Source: Patescibacteria group bacterium | GTDB lineage: Bacteria; Patescibacteriota; Microgenomatia; UBA1400; PJMF01 | Direction: 5' to 3' | Length of the DNA: 56,855 nt | Assembly: GCA_049322575.1 (NCBI GenBank) | Contig: JBMORQ010000024.1 | Location: 1 to 56,855 of the forward strand | Shown: in pieces, positions 55,175 to 56,855 of the stretch | How the letters are laid out: the number at the start of each line of letters is the position of its first letter | How positions within the stretch are numbered: the stretch's first letter is position 1 | Translations under genes and position numbers: made by a program | The notes under the pieces: model-generated | Told to the model about the DNA's origin: nothing | Database searches by the model: none | The model's input: only the letters and a program-made list of their open reading frames with translations

Positions 55175-55930
55175 TTAAAAATGAACAAGTAAAACCATTC
55201 CCCAAATGGCGTGTGACAAAACCAATGCAAAGCCATTCTTTTCACTCGCAAACAAATATCCTTGGCCCAAAGAAAAAAGGGCCAGTAACATAATTTGATA
55301 GGCAATCTCAACCCCACTGAACCGCAAAACGATGTTTGGTAAGTGAAAAACTGTAAAGACTAGCATCACCAGCAAAAGTTGGTTTAGTAATGGCCAGCGT
55401 CGATATTTTTCCTGAACAATTAACATGACAAAGCTGTAGAAAAAGAGAGTCTCCCAAAAACCGGTAAGCATCGCCAGTAAAAACTCCCACCAAAAGGCGT
55501 CAGAAACGTAAAAGGCAGCATTGGCCCAGTGACCGGATCTTTGAAAAGAACCTAAAATAGCGGCGATAAAACCATAGATGCCACCGATGGCGATACCCAT
55601 CCAAAGTCCTCTTTTAATTTTCTGCAAAGAAAAACTCTCTGCAATCTGAAAACTGCTCGTGGCGGTCATGTACAACCAAACAGGCATTCCCAGAAAGACG
55701 GCTTTACCTATCAACTCATCGAACCAAACCTCAAAACTAAACAAGCTGCGATAAACAACCCAGAGGATAAACACCAAAAAAACAAATGGTAAAAACAAAA
55801 AATGATTTTTGCCAGAAACCTTCTGACTTGTCTTTGATTTAACTTCCCAGCCAGAACCTAAAGAGTTCTGGCTTTTTCTTTTAGCGAATTGAGATATCTT
55901 GGCAGGTTTATCTTTATTTTTTGATGGCAT
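55175..55930 (-). CDS. CPBP (CAAX protease/Abi)-like intramembrane protein with partly degenerate motifs
   Basis: A multi-TM protein with FTVFHLPN (FxxxH) and SHAIWG (HxxxN-like). The EExxxR motif is reduced to WETLFF. Confidence 0.45.
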   Translation of the reverse strand: MPSKNKDKPAKISQFAKRKSQNSLGSGWEVKSKTSQKVSGKNHFLFLPFVFLVFILWVVYRSLFSFEVWFDELIGKAVFLGMPVWLYMTATSSFQIAESFSLQKIKRGLWMGIAIGGIYGFIAAILGSFQRSGHWANAAFYVSDAFWWEFLLAMLTGFWETLFFYSFVMLIVQEKYRRWPLLNQLLLVMLVFTVFHLPNIVLRFSGVEIAYQIMLLALFSLGQGYLFASEKNGFALVLSHAIWGMVLLVHF

Positions 55931-56537
55931 TCATCACAATCTCATAAGTCTGTTTTTGGTTATTAGAATAAGTATCAATAACAATATCGTAGAGATCTGG
56001 ATGCCAAAAATCAATTGGAGCTTCTGCACTCAAAGTACCAGCAGTTACTACCCACTCCTGCCATTCCTTACCATACATCCTGGTCCATTTGTTTAAATTA
56101 GTCTGATAACGGTTCTGGATGTCGGTCTTTGCTTTTTCAACCGTGGCGTTGTCACGATTGACAATCCGGTCAATTCTGACTGAGTCGTCACTACAAATCA
56201 CCAAGACTTTTAGAACGTCCTTTAACCCCTGGGCTAAAAAGCCAGAAAGCCAAGACTCAATGATCCAATTACTCTGACCTTCAAGCTTAGAACGCATACC
56301 CATATCAACTTGACGATCGAAGTCATCACTATAAGCCTCAGCAGTGTGGTGTATCTTGTCGTTTGCATCGATCAAGCCTTTTTCTGCGGCGTAGGCCCTC
56401 ATAAACTCTCCTCCGGAAAAACCAGTCCAACCGTCAAACTTCAAACCTTCGCGCAGTAAATTTAGCAGAGTAGTTGAGCCACATCCTGGCAGACCAGAAA
56501 TGGTAATATTTTTGTACTTGTAATCTTTGCCAGGCAT
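55914..56537 (-). CDS. P-loop nucleoside monophosphate kinase-like protein (cytidylate kinase-like family 2)
   Basis: It has the Walker A motif ISGLPGCGSTT at the N-terminus with NMP-kinase-like length. It overlaps the downstream gene by 17 nt. Confidence 0.65.
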   Translation of the reverse strand: MPGKDYKYKNITISGLPGCGSTTLLNLLREGLKFDGWTGFSGGEFMRAYAAEKGLIDANDKIHHTAEAYSDDFDRQVDMGMRSKLEGQSNWIIESWLSGFLAQGLKDVLKVLVICSDDSVRIDRIVNRDNATVEKAKTDIQNRYQTNLNKWTRMYGKEWQEWVVTAGTLSAEAPIDFWHPDLYDIVIDTYSNNQKQTYEIVMNAIKK

Positions 56538-56590
56538 GTTTTTTTCCTCTCTGATTATTAAATAGATTTATTACTGAAATGACTAATATC

Positions 56591-56686
56591 AAACTTGTTG
56601 CGTTGTAACATTTTTATCACCTTTGTAGCAAAAAGTGCTATCTATATTCTACTAAACTTGGTGCTAAATAACATTTCCATTACGAT
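56591..56686 (-). repeat. Two direct copies of the repeat-family core, 63 nt apart, upstream of the kinase-like gene
   Basis: AAACTTGTTGCGTTGTAACATTTTTATCACC starts at 56591 and AAACTTGGTGCTAAATAACATTTCCATTACGAT at 56654. Both are the reverse complement of the family consensus. Confidence 0.65.
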
Positions 56687-56855
56687 ATTTAATTGAGTTG
56701 AGGCCTGTCTGCTTTGGTTACAAACTTATCAGGACTTTCGCTTCAGCCACGATAATTTGATATAGTGAAGAGGTGAAAAAGAATCAGTACATTGAATTTT
56801 TGATTCATACGCCAGTCAATTACACAGGGACGGCACTGGCAGATCATGTTGAGGG

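Noticed and set aside
56591-56686. Possible mini CRISPR array (two ~35-nt repeats separated by a ~27-nt spacer); more generally, the scattered motif as orphan CRISPR repeats
   Set aside because: Only two units are present and they are about 65% identical, whereas CRISPR repeats are near-identical. Other copies are solitary or inverted. No cas genes or leader are in the window.
56773-56855. Possible 5' end of a plus-strand CDS at the window edge (GTG AAA AAG AAT CAG TAC ATT ...), preceded by TATAGT at 56761-56766
   Set aside because: Only about 27 codons are visible, the start codon is non-ATG, there is no properly spaced SD and no recognisable motif. That is too little sequence to call.

Overview
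This 56.9-kb window comes from a compact, gene-dense bacterial chromosome. About 50 protein genes are present, roughly 80% on the minus strand, and the standard genetic code applies (TGA acts as stop in several ATGA start/stop overlaps). The content is mostly housekeeping. It includes nusA-infB and a dispersed heat-shock regulon (hrcA-grpE, dnaK, a zinc-finger-less dnaJ, groES-groEL), each preceded by CIRCE-type inverted repeats. Also present are ftsH, trpS, pyrE, ahpC, yidC, smpB, cmk, a class A PBP, tsaC-tsaE (fused) plus tsaD, nrdR, and a class II ribonucleotide reductase interrupted by a 299-aa LAGLIDADG intein. Two divergent tRNA(CAT) genes are present. Interleaved with these are envelope-glycosylation genes: a YfhO-like GT-C next to a CsbB-like GT2, a GT4, a GH39-like hydrolase and two further GT-C-like membrane proteins. 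Small accessory modules include an AbiEii-like nucleotidyltransferase pair, a RhuM-Doc fusion, a XerC/D-type recombinase and several orphan coiled-coil proteins. Short protein forms (495-aa IF-2, stand-alone 5'-3' exonuclease) and many orphans suggest a reduced-genome lineage such as CPR/Patescibacteria, but that is inference only. I saw no CRISPR array, cas genes, transposase or rRNA. The most unusual signal is non-coding: a ~35-nt motif (consensus about TTTTGTAATAAAAATGTTATTTCACTACAAGTCTA) recurs in about 16 intergenic regions. It occurs as single copies, tandem copies, near-perfect hairpins, and 130-200-nt composite elements bounded by inverted copies. It resembles REP/BIME or MITE-like elements or a structured RNA or regulatory motif, and no cognate enzyme is encoded in the window.
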